Shown here piece by piece: positions 1 to 10,260 of a stretch of DNA of 64,000 bases. The notes beneath the pieces are model-generated. The model ran no database searches. It saw nothing but the letters and a program-made list of their open reading frames with translations, and was not told the origin of the DNA. The stretch spans positions 4,775-68,774 of the forward strand of contig DUBV01000063.1 of NCBI GenBank assembly GCA_012960105.1, read 5' to 3'. The stretch is from Thiotrichaceae bacterium. Its GTDB lineage: Bacteria > Pseudomonadota > Gammaproteobacteria > Eutrophobiales > Eutrophobiaceae. Position numbers and translations under genes: made by a program. Every line of letters starts with the position of its first letter. Within the stretch, counting starts at the first letter, position 1.

Positions 1-118
1 CCATCTCACCTGAACTATCAGTTCAGGCAGAAAGTATTTAACTCACCAAATATTTTACACAACTATTAACACGACTACTTCAAACGATTTACTACTTGAG
101 CCGGTTAATAACCAGCGC

Positions 119-1042
119 TTGTCAAACCTGTGCGGCCCATTGGATAAACATTTGCGTCAGGTTGAACGCCATATTGGTGTAGAGATTAATAACCGTGGAA
201 ATAATTTTCATGTCACTGGTGATTTAAAATCTATCGAACTGACTGAGAATATTTTAAAAGAAATGTATGCCGCTACAGAAGCTGAGTTCTTATCACCGGA
301 GAGTGTTCATCTTTATTTACAAGGTATTAATGTCACAGAAGAACTGCAAGAAGATGTCTCCAGTGAAGTATCTATAAAAACAAAACGTGGAATTATTCGC
401 GGTCGTACACCCAATCAGAAAATATATCTTGCCAACATTCAATCACATGACATTAGTTTTGGTATTGGCCCTGCAGGCACGGGAAAAACTTATCTTGCTG
501 TAGCCTGTGCAGTAGCCGCGCTGGAACAAGATCGTGCACGTAGAATCATACTAGTTAGACCAGCTGTTGAAGCAGGAGAAAAACTGGGTTTTTTACCCGG
601 CGATATGGCACAAAAAATCGATCCTTATTTACGCCCGCTTTATGACGCCTTATATGAAATGCTCGGATTTGAAAAAGTAGCTAAATTAATCGAGCGCAAT
701 ATTATTGAAGTTGCACCCCTGGCATTTATGCGTGGCAGAACTTTAAATGAAGCATTCATTATTCTTGATGAAGCACAGAATACAACCATAGAACAAATGA
801 AAATGTTCCTGACACGTCTTGGCTTTAACTCTACTGCTGTTATTACCGGAGACATCACGCAAATTGATTTACCTTCAGCTAAATTATCTGGCTTGCGACA
901 CGTTATTGATATACTCAATGAAGAAAATGAGATTAGCTTTACCTTTTTCAAATCCAAAGACGTTGTACGTCATCCATTAGTTGCTCGAATTCTTGATGCT
1001 TACGAAAAGCATGAACAGAATCCACTCAATAATTCGAAATAA
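119..1042 (+). CDS. ybeZ: PhoH-like ATPase (YbeZ)
   Basis: Walker A GPAGTGKT. Motifs RPAVEAGEKLGFLPGD, DPYLRPLYDAL and IILDEAQN are colinear with E. coli YbeZ as recalled. Followed by ybeY-corC-lnt. The start is uncertain: homology continues upstream of TTG119 with no in-frame ATG or GTG. Confidence 0.9.
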   Translation: MSNLCGPLDKHLRQVERHIGVEINNRGNNFHVTGDLKSIELTENILKEMYAATEAEFLSPESVHLYLQGINVTEELQEDVSSEVSIKTKRGIIRGRTPNQKIYLANIQSHDISFGIGPAGTGKTYLAVACAVAALEQDRARRIILVRPAVEAGEKLGFLPGDMAQKIDPYLRPLYDALYEMLGFEKVAKLIERNIIEVAPLAFMRGRTLNEAFIILDEAQNTTIEQMKMFLTRLGFNSTAVITGDITQIDLPSAKLSGLRHVIDILNEENEISFTFFKSKDVVRHPLVARILDAYEKHEQNPLNNSK

Positions 1043-1053
1043 TAATTCGACTC

Positions 1054-1515
1054 ATGAGTATGAAGATAGAAATACAAAATGTGTCTGGATTTGATTCTCT
1101 TCCCAAGGATGAGTTTATTATCAAATGGGCAGAACAAGCACTCGATGAGAAACATAAGGAAGCTGAAATTACACTTCGAATTGTTGAAGAGGAAGAAGGA
1201 CAAACGCTAAATAAAGAGTGGCGCGGTAAAGATTCAGCAACTAATGTACTATCCTTTCCTGTAGGGGAAGTCATTGAGCAGGCACCAAATTTATTAGGCG
1301 ACATTGTCATTTGTGCACCTATTGTTGAGTTAGAAGCAAAACAACAAAGAAAAAATAGTGAAGCACACTGGGCACACTTAATTATTCATGGCATTTTGCA
1401 TCTACAAGGATATGATCATATCTCTGATGAAGATGCTAATGTAATGGAAACAAAAGAAGTTAATATTTTAAAAAATATAGGTTTTGCAAATCCGTATGAA
1501 ACAGAGTCAGAATGA
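1054..1515 (+). CDS. ybeY: Endoribonuclease YbeY (rRNA maturation factor)
   Basis: 153 aa with the zinc-binding motif HGILHLQGYDH, at the conserved position after phoH/ybeZ. Confidence 0.9.
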   Translation: MSMKIEIQNVSGFDSLPKDEFIIKWAEQALDEKHKEAEITLRIVEEEEGQTLNKEWRGKDSATNVLSFPVGEVIEQAPNLLGDIVICAPIVELEAKQQRKNSEAHWAHLIIHGILHLQGYDHISDEDANVMETKEVNILKNIGFANPYETESE

Positions 1516-2381
1516 TGGCTGAAAAGAAAGAAATTAACTATAGCAAGTGGTTAAAACGCTTTGCCAGATTGTTTTCTCGAGAACCAGAAGATCGTGATGC
1601 CTTAATTGAAATATTAAGAAATTCCGAGCATCGTAATCTTCTGGATCCTGATGCGCTATTAATGATTGAAGGCGCATTACATGTTTCAGAAATTCAGGTA
1701 CGCGACATTATGGTACCGCGCGTACAAATGATCGTAATTGAAAATAATGCCGAACCAGAAGATATACTCTCCGTCGTTGTTGAATCGGGGCACTCTCGGT
1801 TTCCTGTAGTCGGCGAGACCAATGATGAAATAGTTGGAATTCTATTGGCTAAGGATTTATTGAATTACTATGCTGATCCTGAAAAAGATTTTGATATTAA
1901 AGATGTCATGCGCGCAACTGTTTTCATTCCAGAAAGCAAACGACTTAATGTGTTGTTAAGAGAATTTCGCACCAGTCGAAATCACATGGCCATTGTTATC
2001 GATGAGTACACAGGTGTTGCCGGACTGGTTACCATTGAAGATGTTATTGAAGAAATCATCGGTGAGATTGAAGACGAACATGATCTAGAAGAAGATGAGG
2101 TCAACATCAATAATCACGACAATGATCGCTATACCATTAGGGCATTAACGCCTATGGATGATTTCAATAGTTATTTCGAGACTGAGGTTTGTAAGTATGA
2201 ATGCGACACGGTTGGCGGCCTGGTCATCAATGCCTTTGGGCATTTACCAAAACGCGGAGAAACCATTGAGCATGAAGGTTTCAATATAAAAGTAATTCGT
2301 GCCGATAAACGACGTGTACACATGTTACTCTTTACACGTGTTGATGCAGAAGTATCTACTGAAGAAATAGCAAAAAAATAA
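1512..2381 (+). CDS. corC: CorC/HlyC-family CBS-domain Mg/Co efflux-associated protein
   Basis: ATGA overlap with the ybeY stop. N-terminal region ...REPEDRDALIEILR...IMVPRVQM resembles E. coli CorC. CBS pair plus CorC_HlyC C-terminus. Confidence 0.85.
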   Translation: MMAEKKEINYSKWLKRFARLFSREPEDRDALIEILRNSEHRNLLDPDALLMIEGALHVSEIQVRDIMVPRVQMIVIENNAEPEDILSVVVESGHSRFPVVGETNDEIVGILLAKDLLNYYADPEKDFDIKDVMRATVFIPESKRLNVLLREFRTSRNHMAIVIDEYTGVAGLVTIEDVIEEIIGEIEDEHDLEEDEVNINNHDNDRYTIRALTPMDDFNSYFETEVCKYECDTVGGLVINAFGHLPKRGETIEHEGFNIKVIRADKRRVHMLLFTRVDAEVSTEEIAKK

Positions 2382-2422
2382 TAAAAACATTAGCGCAGTT
2401 CTATAAAAAGTAATTTTGCCTC

Positions 2423-3919
2423 ATGAGCTTATTTGCAGAAAATATGTTTGCAAGAAAAATATGTGCGATTCTTTCAGGAGCATTAGTTCCTTTTGCTTTT
2501 GCCCCCTATAACCTTTACATTCTTTCCTTTATATCTCTTAGCATTCTTTTTTATATCTGGTCTAAAGCAGAATCAAAACGCGAAACATTTATCCTTGGAT
2601 ATTTATTCGGCCTTGCTATGTTTGGCATAGGTGTTAACTGGTTACATATCAGTATTAATTTATTTGGCGGGATGAATATCATAGGTGCTTTTTTCTTCAC
2701 CTTTATATTTATCGCTTATATTTCATTCTACCCAGCAATATGCGGTTATCTTGCGAAACGATTTTTTAACAACTATTTTATTCTTGCCGTTCCTGCATTC
2801 TGGCTATTAACTGAATGGTGTCGTGGCTGGGTCATAACTGGATTTCCATGGCTAAACATTGGTACGAGTCAAACAGATAGTTTATTAAGCAGTTTTGCGC
2901 CTCTAATTGGTGATTACGGTTTAAGCTTAGCTGTATGTCTTATAGCAATTTCAATAACAACTTTATTTACTGGAAGTCTTAAGCAACGATTAGTCAGTGG
3001 CTCCATGGTTGTTTTTATCGCGACATCTTCTTTTATACTAACTGACTTCAACTGGACGCAAGAAAACGGAAAAGAACTTAGCGTCACCTTGGTTCAAGGA
3101 GCTATACCGCAAAAGATAAAATGGAAATCCGAATTTCGGGAAAGAACTTATGAAATATATTCTGGCTTAAGCGAGCCTTATTGGTCATCCGATTTAATCA
3201 TTTGGCCGGAAACAGCAATACCATCTTACTATCACCGTGCAGATGATTTTATTAATCGTATAAAACCACAAAGGCAAAACTCTGATACGCTGTTCATGAG
3301 TGGCATTGTTAACAAAGATTTATCTACTAATAAATATTTTAATAGTATTTTATTGATAGGCGCAGATAACAAGCATCAGTTTTATAATAAACATCACCTT
3401 GTCCCTTTTGGTGAATACCTACCTTTTAAATCATTACTCAGTGAAATTTTACGTTTTTTAAGAATACCTATGTCTGATTTTTCTTCTGGGGATATTACTC
3501 AGAAAACACTTAAAACAGACAAAGCGATTTTTGGCATGAATATTTGCTATGAAGATGCCTATGGCACAGAAGTTCGTCAGTCTTTACCTGATGCCAATAT
3601 ATTAGTAAATGTCAGCAATGATGCCTGGTTTGGTGATTCGATGGCACCACATCAACACCTGCAAATGGCACGAATGCGAGCACTGGAGAATGGACGTTAT
3701 CTATTACGCTCTACCAATACCGGTATTTCTGCGGTGATAGACAATAAAGGAAAAATTATTAGTCGCTCACCACAATTTGAACCGCATGCGCTACATGCTA
3801 CGGCAAAATTATTTGAGGGCGCAACGCCTTATAGTCGCTATGGAAATTATCCGGTTTTAATTTTTAGCTTTTTATTATTGTTGCTTAGTTATTTATTGCA
3901 GCGCAAAACTCAGAGTTGA
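2423..3919 (+). CDS. lnt: Apolipoprotein N-acyltransferase
   Basis: 498 aa with a polytopic N-terminus. Nitrilase-like domain with WPE(TA) and the catalytic Cys in MNICYE. Conserved position after corC. Confidence 0.9.
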   Translation: MSLFAENMFARKICAILSGALVPFAFAPYNLYILSFISLSILFYIWSKAESKRETFILGYLFGLAMFGIGVNWLHISINLFGGMNIIGAFFFTFIFIAYISFYPAICGYLAKRFFNNYFILAVPAFWLLTEWCRGWVITGFPWLNIGTSQTDSLLSSFAPLIGDYGLSLAVCLIAISITTLFTGSLKQRLVSGSMVVFIATSSFILTDFNWTQENGKELSVTLVQGAIPQKIKWKSEFRERTYEIYSGLSEPYWSSDLIIWPETAIPSYYHRADDFINRIKPQRQNSDTLFMSGIVNKDLSTNKYFNSILLIGADNKHQFYNKHHLVPFGEYLPFKSLLSEILRFLRIPMSDFSSGDITQKTLKTDKAIFGMNICYEDAYGTEVRQSLPDANILVNVSNDAWFGDSMAPHQHLQMARMRALENGRYLLRSTNTGISAVIDNKGKIISRSPQFEPHALHATAKLFEGATPYSRYGNYPVLIFSFLLLLLSYLLQRKTQS

Positions 3920-3932
3920 CCTAATACTACAA

Positions 3933-6389
3933 TCAAGTCTCTGTAGATCTTCTTGCAGAACTGATTTGCTCAAGACGCGCTTTTAATTCAGGTTCATTTT
4001 CTGCCATCGACAAAACATCCTTTCTTCGCAAACGTAATAATGTCGTCGGTTTAAGTGCTTTAACATTTGCTGTGCGAACTTGTGATTCAAGCAAGGCCAT
4101 TTCACCAAAAAATTCGCCATCTCTAAAATTGGCTATAGGCTCATCTTCATGACCATTCTTATAAACTAATACCAGACCATGCGTAATAATATAGAGCGAA
4201 TCTCCTTTCTCTCCTTCACCAATAACCAGATCGCCTGATAAGAAAGTCATTGCTCGTGCATGTTTAGATAAACGCTCCAGTAAATCATTAGGCAAACCAT
4301 TTAACAAAGGTATTGTTCCGATAAGATCATGCGGTTTCAATTTAGGTGCAGGATCAGATATAGGTTGCAATGCATTAATCGCTTCATTGATGCGTCGTTC
4401 AATATTAGTAAATACCTTTGAACCAATTTCACCATGATGCTCTGCTTCTTCCGCATAAAAGCCTGCTGTAACTAAAGCAACTTTTGCAAATAGACGTGTT
4501 TCGAAACGCAAATAAAAATCAGGAAAATCTTCTGCTATTTTCTCAAGTCGATTTTTACGTCGATTTGAACGTTGTTTATACGAATTAATAATTTCTATTT
4601 TATAGTTCTCATTTAAATCTTCTTCATTTTGAATATGCTCAATTACTTTTTCGCTTATCAATATACCGGCAATATCCCGCTGCAAACTTTGTGAGAAACG
4701 CAGATATTGATAACGAGCCAACATACCTGAGGCAAAATCAACTTCGCGCAATTGTTTTATTAATGCATTCTCCAATCGAACAAATGGATTTATCTTTTTT
4801 GTCTGTTCAACTGTTACATTGCTACTAGAATTTGACGACCATGTTTCACGATCGCGTTGCAAGGTATTCTTAATATTCATATACGTATAATATTGCAAAA
4901 AGCCAATGTCATAGAGATACTTAAGTTCCTGCATTTCTATACGCAAAGCTGTCATATAAGCATGACGTTCTTCCATGAAACTATCCGCATCATCATAGTC
5001 ACAGCTAAATATTTTCTGTGTCTTTTTTTGTATTAGCTGTTGGGTACTACGAGAAATTAATTTGGCTTTATGAAATGACTCTAATACATCTTCGGCATGC
5101 TGTTGTGATTGTAGTAAGCCATGTCTTAACTCTGCGACTTCTTCACCAGTAAACTGATCGAAGCCGAGTTTTTTCATTAGTGGTCTTATCGTTGGTGCGT
5201 TAATCAATAATGAAAACAAAACCACGCCAAGCGTAATATAAAGGATCGTGTCACGACCTGGCATGTCTATGGGTATAGATAAAACAATCGCTATAGCGAG
5301 TCCACCTTTCAAACCACCCCACCACATTATATGCCGTTCACCCATAGAGACATTCGGTAATTTAAACATTTTAATAGTTGCAGGAACCATACTGTAAACA
5401 CCGGCAGCACGCGCGCCTAACACCAGTACGATAGCAATTAAAATACTATCTATATGCGAATAAAGCTGAGAGATATCAACAGATAGGCCAACTAATAAAA
5501 ATAGTAATGAATTACAAATTAATGCGATTACATCCCATGTTTCATCAACCGTTTCTCGTTCATTCTGTGGAATGCGACTGACACCGAGTATACCCAACGC
5601 TATCGCAGCAGAAACAACTGCCATTACACCAGAAACATGCAAAACATGTTCGGCAATAGCAAAACTACTATAAGCCAAGACTATCGACATGATCAGGTAG
5701 GAACTCATGCCAGCACGAATACGATAGAGTAATTCGCTTAATACAATGCCGATAATGGCACCGACAATTAAGCCACCGAAAAATACTTTTAAAAATTCCA
5801 GTATTGCTGCTCCGACATCAGAAACAGCAAATTGGCCAGTTATTGATAAGCCAAGAATGATATTAAAAAATACAATCGCCGTAGCATCGTTTAGTAATGA
5901 TTCACCTTCAACAAGGATTGTTAATCTCTGTGGTGCGCCAAGTTCTTTAAAGAGCGCAATTACCGCTACCGGATCAGTTGCTGAAATTAAAGCGCCAAAT
6001 AACAAAGCATGAAATATATTAAAGTCCTGAATCGCCCAAAGACCTAAACCAATAAGACCTGCCGAAATTAGCATCGCCGGAACAGCCAAAACTAATACAG
6101 GAATTATATCTTTCATTAATAAGCGGGCATCAAGATTGATAGCCGACTCAAATATCAAAGCGGGAAGAAAAATAAATAGCACTAAATCAGGAGTTAACTG
6201 GAATTCTAGTAAGAATTCAAACTCAGGGTAAAAACGTGCAAAAGAACCCAGTATGATGCCAAGAATGACCAGAAACACGGTATAAGGCACAGGAATATTT
6301 CTACAAATGGCCGCTGCGATCATAGCAACAGTCAAAAGACCCATAACAACTAATATGACTTCTGATAACGGCATAACACAACTCCCCAT
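3933..6389 (-). CDS. CPA1/NhaP-type Na+(K+)/H+ antiporter with a long cytoplasmic tail ending in a cyclic-nucleotide-binding domain
   Basis: About 400 aa of TM domain with the ATDPVAV motif. C-terminal CNB signature ...GEGEKGDSLYIITHG...FFGEMALLESQVRTANVKA. The start may be the MPLSEV Met at 6374. Confidence 0.8.
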   Translation of the reverse strand: MGSCVMPLSEVILVVMGLLTVAMIAAAICRNIPVPYTVFLVILGIILGSFARFYPEFEFLLEFQLTPDLVLFIFLPALIFESAINLDARLLMKDIIPVLVLAVPAMLISAGLIGLGLWAIQDFNIFHALLFGALISATDPVAVIALFKELGAPQRLTILVEGESLLNDATAIVFFNIILGLSITGQFAVSDVGAAILEFLKVFFGGLIVGAIIGIVLSELLYRIRAGMSSYLIMSIVLAYSSFAIAEHVLHVSGVMAVVSAAIALGILGVSRIPQNERETVDETWDVIALICNSLLFLLVGLSVDISQLYSHIDSILIAIVLVLGARAAGVYSMVPATIKMFKLPNVSMGERHIMWWGGLKGGLAIAIVLSIPIDMPGRDTILYITLGVVLFSLLINAPTIRPLMKKLGFDQFTGEEVAELRHGLLQSQQHAEDVLESFHKAKLISRSTQQLIQKKTQKIFSCDYDDADSFMEERHAYMTALRIEMQELKYLYDIGFLQYYTYMNIKNTLQRDRETWSSNSSSNVTVEQTKKINPFVRLENALIKQLREVDFASGMLARYQYLRFSQSLQRDIAGILISEKVIEHIQNEEDLNENYKIEIINSYKQRSNRRKNRLEKIAEDFPDFYLRFETRLFAKVALVTAGFYAEEAEHHGEIGSKVFTNIERRINEAINALQPISDPAPKLKPHDLIGTIPLLNGLPNDLLERLSKHARAMTFLSGDLVIGEGEKGDSLYIITHGLVLVYKNGHEDEPIANFRDGEFFGEMALLESQVRTANVKALKPTTLLRLRRKDVLSMAENEPELKARLEQISSARRSTET

Positions 6390-6444
6390 TGCTAACTAAT
6401 GTATACCAAGTTTTAGAGGTGCGCAAAGCCTAGTATGGCTTTAG

Positions 6445-7362
6445 CTATAAGAGTGTGCCGTCTTTCTCAGAAATATGGTCAAGAATAATGACCGCTGCCA
6501 AACCTACCAACGCCATAATCAGTGAATAGAGTATCTGATTACTAAATGCGTCAGGTATATAAGGTACGGAAGAAACAAGCCTTTCCTTATGCCGCACCAC
6601 TTCATATACGCGCGTCTGGAATGGCCAAATAACATATAAAGATGCGATTAATATACCGGCAATAAAAAGTATGGTCTGTTGATAAAACCTTTTTAGTAGA
6701 TATGATAATACTCGACTGAACAGGATGACGCCGGTAACGATGCCAAACATAAATGGTAAAATAATCGAAAAATCAAAATGGCCAATTGCATTAAAAATGT
6801 AGGCGTATTTTTTCATCATCAATAAGATGAATGAACCGGATATGCCCGGCAGAATCATAGCTGAAATTGCTATTGCACCGCAGAGAAATATAAACCAGCT
6901 GGCATCAGGTGTAGATGCCGGTACTAACGTTACGACGAAACCACCAAATACAATGCCAATCAAAAAGAATAGAACTCGTCTTAATAATAAAGTCATTCCT
7001 AAATGCCGAAACAATAAAACAATAGAACCCAATACTAATCCAAAAAATAGACCGTAAATAATTTCAGGCTGTGTACGAATTAAGCTGGGTAATGAAATAA
7101 CCCGAGTAAAAAATATTAACGCTGCTACCGCACCAATACCCAAGGGAATTAAAAATCCAAAATGCGGACGGTTAATAATACCTTTTATATTTAATGACAA
7201 AACCATTCTTAACCATTCGCTATCAAATGATTTTATTGCATTGATTAATTGTGGATAAATACCAAGGATGAATGCCATAGTGCCACCACTAACTCCCGGC
7301 ACGACATCAGCTGAGCCAACACAAAAACCTTTGGCGATTAATTTTAATCTGGAGATGATCAT
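6445..7362 (-). CDS. DUF368 family polytopic membrane protein
   Basis: GSADVVPGVSGGTMAFILGIY near the N-terminus, repeated as LPGISGSF in the second half. 305 aa, all hydrophobic. Confidence 0.7.
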   Translation of the reverse strand: MIISRLKLIAKGFCVGSADVVPGVSGGTMAFILGIYPQLINAIKSFDSEWLRMVLSLNIKGIINRPHFGFLIPLGIGAVAALIFFTRVISLPSLIRTQPEIIYGLFFGLVLGSIVLLFRHLGMTLLLRRVLFFLIGIVFGGFVVTLVPASTPDASWFIFLCGAIAISAMILPGISGSFILLMMKKYAYIFNAIGHFDFSIILPFMFGIVTGVILFSRVLSYLLKRFYQQTILFIAGILIASLYVIWPFQTRVYEVVRHKERLVSSVPYIPDAFSNQILYSLIMALVGLAAVIILDHISEKDGTLL

Positions 7363-7389
7363 ATGAATTGTTTTAAAAACTAATAATTA

Positions 7390-8445
7390 TTACTTACTTA
7401 AATCATGCACCGCATTAATAAATGCACCTGCATTCTCAGGATCAATATCTGGCGTTATACCATGACCTAAATTAAACACATGACCGGGACCTTTACCGAA
7501 ACCATCAAGAATAGTTTTCACTTCTTTTCGTATTACATCAGGATTCGTTTTAAGAATAGCTGGGTCCATATTGCCTTGTAATGCAACACGCTCGCCTATG
7601 CTCTCTCGAACCTGACCAATATCTTGCGTCCAATCCAGACCCACAGCATCACAACCAGTAGCGGCAATATCTTCCAGCCATAAGCCAGCACCTTTAGTAA
7701 ATAATATGACTGGGATTTTATTTCCTTCATATTCACGTTCTAATCCATCAAGAATTTGCTGCATGTACGCAAGAGAGAATTCTTTATATGCCGGTGTAGA
7801 TAATGCACCACCCCAGGTATCAAAGATTTGAATAATTTGCGCGCCAGCTCTTATCTGAGCATTTAAGTACGAGGCAACTGCTTTTGCTACATGATCCAGT
7901 AGAAGGTGCAGACTTTTAGGCTCTTGATATAACATTGTTTTAACCTTGCCAAGGTCTCTACTTGAACCACCCTCAATCATATATGTAGCTAACGTCCACG
8001 GGCTGCCTGCAAAACCTATCAATGGTACCGCACCATCCAGTTCATTACGTATTAAACGCACCGCATCCATGACATAGCCCAATTCATCTTCAGGATCAGG
8101 CATGGGTAATTTCTTAATGTCAGCGAGTGAACTAATAGGGTTATCAAACTTTGGCCCAACAGATTCAATCAGTTTTAAACCTAAACCCATGGCATCGGGA
8201 ATAGTTAATATATCGGAGAATAATATCGCCGCATCCAATGGATAACGATCCAACGGCTGCAAAGTAACCTCACAAGCCAAATCAGGTGTCTGGCATAAGG
8301 TTACGAAATCGCCAGCCTTCTCTCTTGTTGCACGATACTCAGGTAGGTATCGTCCCGCCTGACGCATCATCCATACTGGCGTCATATCTACAGGTTGTCG
8401 TAATAATGCTCTAATCAAGCGATCATTTTTTAGTTCTGCTGGCAT
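7390..8445 (-). CDS. hemE: Uroporphyrinogen decarboxylase
   Basis: [15 protein letters not shown] signature. Start moved to the Met (MPAELKND...) at 8445, because the ORF-track N-terminal extension is not conserved-looking. Confidence 0.9.
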   Translation of the reverse strand: MPAELKNDRLIRALLRQPVDMTPVWMMRQAGRYLPEYRATREKAGDFVTLCQTPDLACEVTLQPLDRYPLDAAILFSDILTIPDAMGLGLKLIESVGPKFDNPISSLADIKKLPMPDPEDELGYVMDAVRLIRNELDGAVPLIGFAGSPWTLATYMIEGGSSRDLGKVKTMLYQEPKSLHLLLDHVAKAVASYLNAQIRAGAQIIQIFDTWGGALSTPAYKEFSLAYMQQILDGLEREYEGNKIPVILFTKGAGLWLEDIAATGCDAVGLDWTQDIGQVRESIGERVALQGNMDPAILKTNPDVIRKEVKTILDGFGKGPGHVFNLGHGITPDIDPENAGAFINAVHDLSK

Positions 8446-8576
8446 AGTAATGAAATAGATAAAATATTGATTTGATGAATATAAATAATACCGCAAAAAG
8501 CATACTTAAGTACATTTCATTGCTAGCAAAGAATTTTCACTTTAACTCTAAACTGAACTACTATTGCTTACAGACT

Positions 8577-9259
8577 ATGTTTATCATACCGGAAAATCGT
8601 TTTCAGGCTTTTGCCATTCACATATTTATTAGTGCTCTTATTTTTATAGTGCTGGCAATAATGATTACCTATTTATGGTATCCAAGATTTCTGTTCAAAA
8701 CGGACGGCGGCTGGAATGGCATACGTTTAATCGCTGGAATAGATTTTATTATCGGCCCAACCTTAACATTAATTGTTTATAAGGTAGGAAAAAAAGGTTT
8801 AAAACTAGATCTTGTCCTTATTGGCCTTATACAATCTTTCTGCCTGGGTTTTGGACTTTAGACGGTATATCAGGAAAGACCTATTACAATTATATATTCA
8901 AACGGTGAATTTCTAGCCAAATCACAAGTGCTTCTGGAACTATATAATATAGACAGCAATAAAATATTTAGTCTAGATACAAAAGTCCCCGCATGGATAT
9001 ATATTGACCTGCCAAAAAATAAAAAGAGAAAAGTAAAATCATACAAAACCAATTATATAAAGGACCTATATATACATATACTGAATTGTACTCTTCTTAT
9101 AAAGATAACCTCGATAAAATTCTCGAAGAAGCTATCGATTCATCAAAAATTGATGAGGGGATACTACATAGCATGACAGATAATGGAATAATTTATCCCT
9201 ACACAGCCCGTTATGGTTCGGGTTATATCGAAATAAATAAGACGCTTATCTTTTCTTAA
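8577..9259 (+). pseudogene. FimB/TfpZ-like type IV pilin accessory protein, inactivated (TAG nonsense plus frameshift)
   Basis: The N-terminal TM part ...YLWYPRFLFKTDGGWNGIRLIAGIDFIIGPTLTLIVYKVGKKGLKLDLVLIGLIQ matches my memory of this family. An in-frame TAG at 8859-8861 sits where relatives have Trp (G.W TV.QERP). The reading frame changes between 9023 and 9085 in an A-rich tract. The third segment ends at TAA 9257-9259. Confidence 0.5.
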
Positions 9260-9668
9260 CTTTACTTATCGCTTTTTCTGCTGCATTTCTAATTTTTACT
9301 AATTGCTTCTTCTCCCAATGCTCACCAGCAACCAACATCTTTTTGATTTTCTTCTCGCTGATCTTCATTAATTCCTTTTCTCGTTTAAGCGCAGCATTTA
9401 GTTGCTCCTTGAGAACAACAACTTCATCTTTAGCTGCCTTCTTTACTAATTTTAATTCTTCATTAGCAGCAATTTGTACACGCTTAAGCGCGTTTTTTGA
9501 TGAGGCTAAATCTTCTTTAAGCCTGTCTGTTAGTGCATGGCGACTTGCTGCTGCAGCTTGTGTATTTGAAACTCCTGCTTTTTTACGAGCTACTGTTTTC
9601 TTCTTAGCCGTAGATTTTTTTCTAACTATCGGTCTTTTTTTGCTTACTTTTTTCTTTGCCTCAACCAT
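9246..9668 (-). CDS. Lys-rich, histone-H1-like N-terminus plus coiled-coil protein (hypothetical)
   Basis: 140 aa. KK-rich first 30 aa, then heptad-like charged sequence. No enzymatic motifs. Confidence 0.45.
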   Translation of the reverse strand: MVEAKKKVSKKRPIVRKKSTAKKKTVARKKAGVSNTQAAAASRHALTDRLKEDLASSKNALKRVQIAANEELKLVKKAAKDEVVVLKEQLNAALKREKELMKISEKKIKKMLVAGEHWEKKQLVKIRNAAEKAISKVKKR

Positions 9669-9824
9669 GACAGCCGCTCCTTAATTAGTATGTAACCTGA
9701 CCATATTATAAAGTACAACGAGAATATTTACCTTGATCTACGTCAATTGTCATATAATTGTAATCTTGAACTTCATATACTCTATTGATAACAATAAGCT
9801 TAGTCTACACATCAGGAGATAGAA

Positions 9825-10175
9825 ATGATTATTCCAGTTAGCGAACTCATTGCCGCAGCTAAATCACACTGCAACTGTATGGATCCACTCGCAGCAAAAT
9901 TATTTTTTGACCGACATGATGATGCCGTCATTATTGATGTACGCGAACCCAAAGAATCTGAGGAATCCAGTTTAATTGACTCAACTAATATTCCACGTGG
10001 TTTATTAGAGATGAAAATTACTAGCGTTTGCGAAGATCCTGATACCCCCATCTTGATTCATTGTGCTGCTGGCGGGCGGGCTTCATTATCCGCTTCTACC
10101 TTACAAACAATGGGTTATTCTAATATCCATGTCATCGATGCTAAATTCGATGAAATTAAAGCTGTATTTAGATAA
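9825..10175 (+). CDS. Single-domain rhodanese (sulfurtransferase)
   Basis: 116 aa with the active-site loop IHCAAGGRAS. AGGAG lies 6 nt upstream of the ATG. Confidence 0.75.
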   Translation: MIIPVSELIAAAKSHCNCMDPLAAKLFFDRHDDAVIIDVREPKESEESSLIDSTNIPRGLLEMKITSVCEDPDTPILIHCAAGGRASLSASTLQTMGYSNIHVIDAKFDEIKAVFR

Positions 10176-10260
10176 CATTGAGTACTAATTAGGAGAATTT
10201 ACTTTAGAAGAGATGGAAGCAGCAATTAACGCAACAAGTTCTGATGTTGTAAAAATGTGA

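Noticed and set aside
9343-9684. 113-aa ORF antisense to the Lys-rich coiled-coil gene
   Set aside because: It is a low-complexity Phe/Ser/Leu shadow of the AAG/AAA-rich sense strand. The minus-strand product has the more protein-like sequence.
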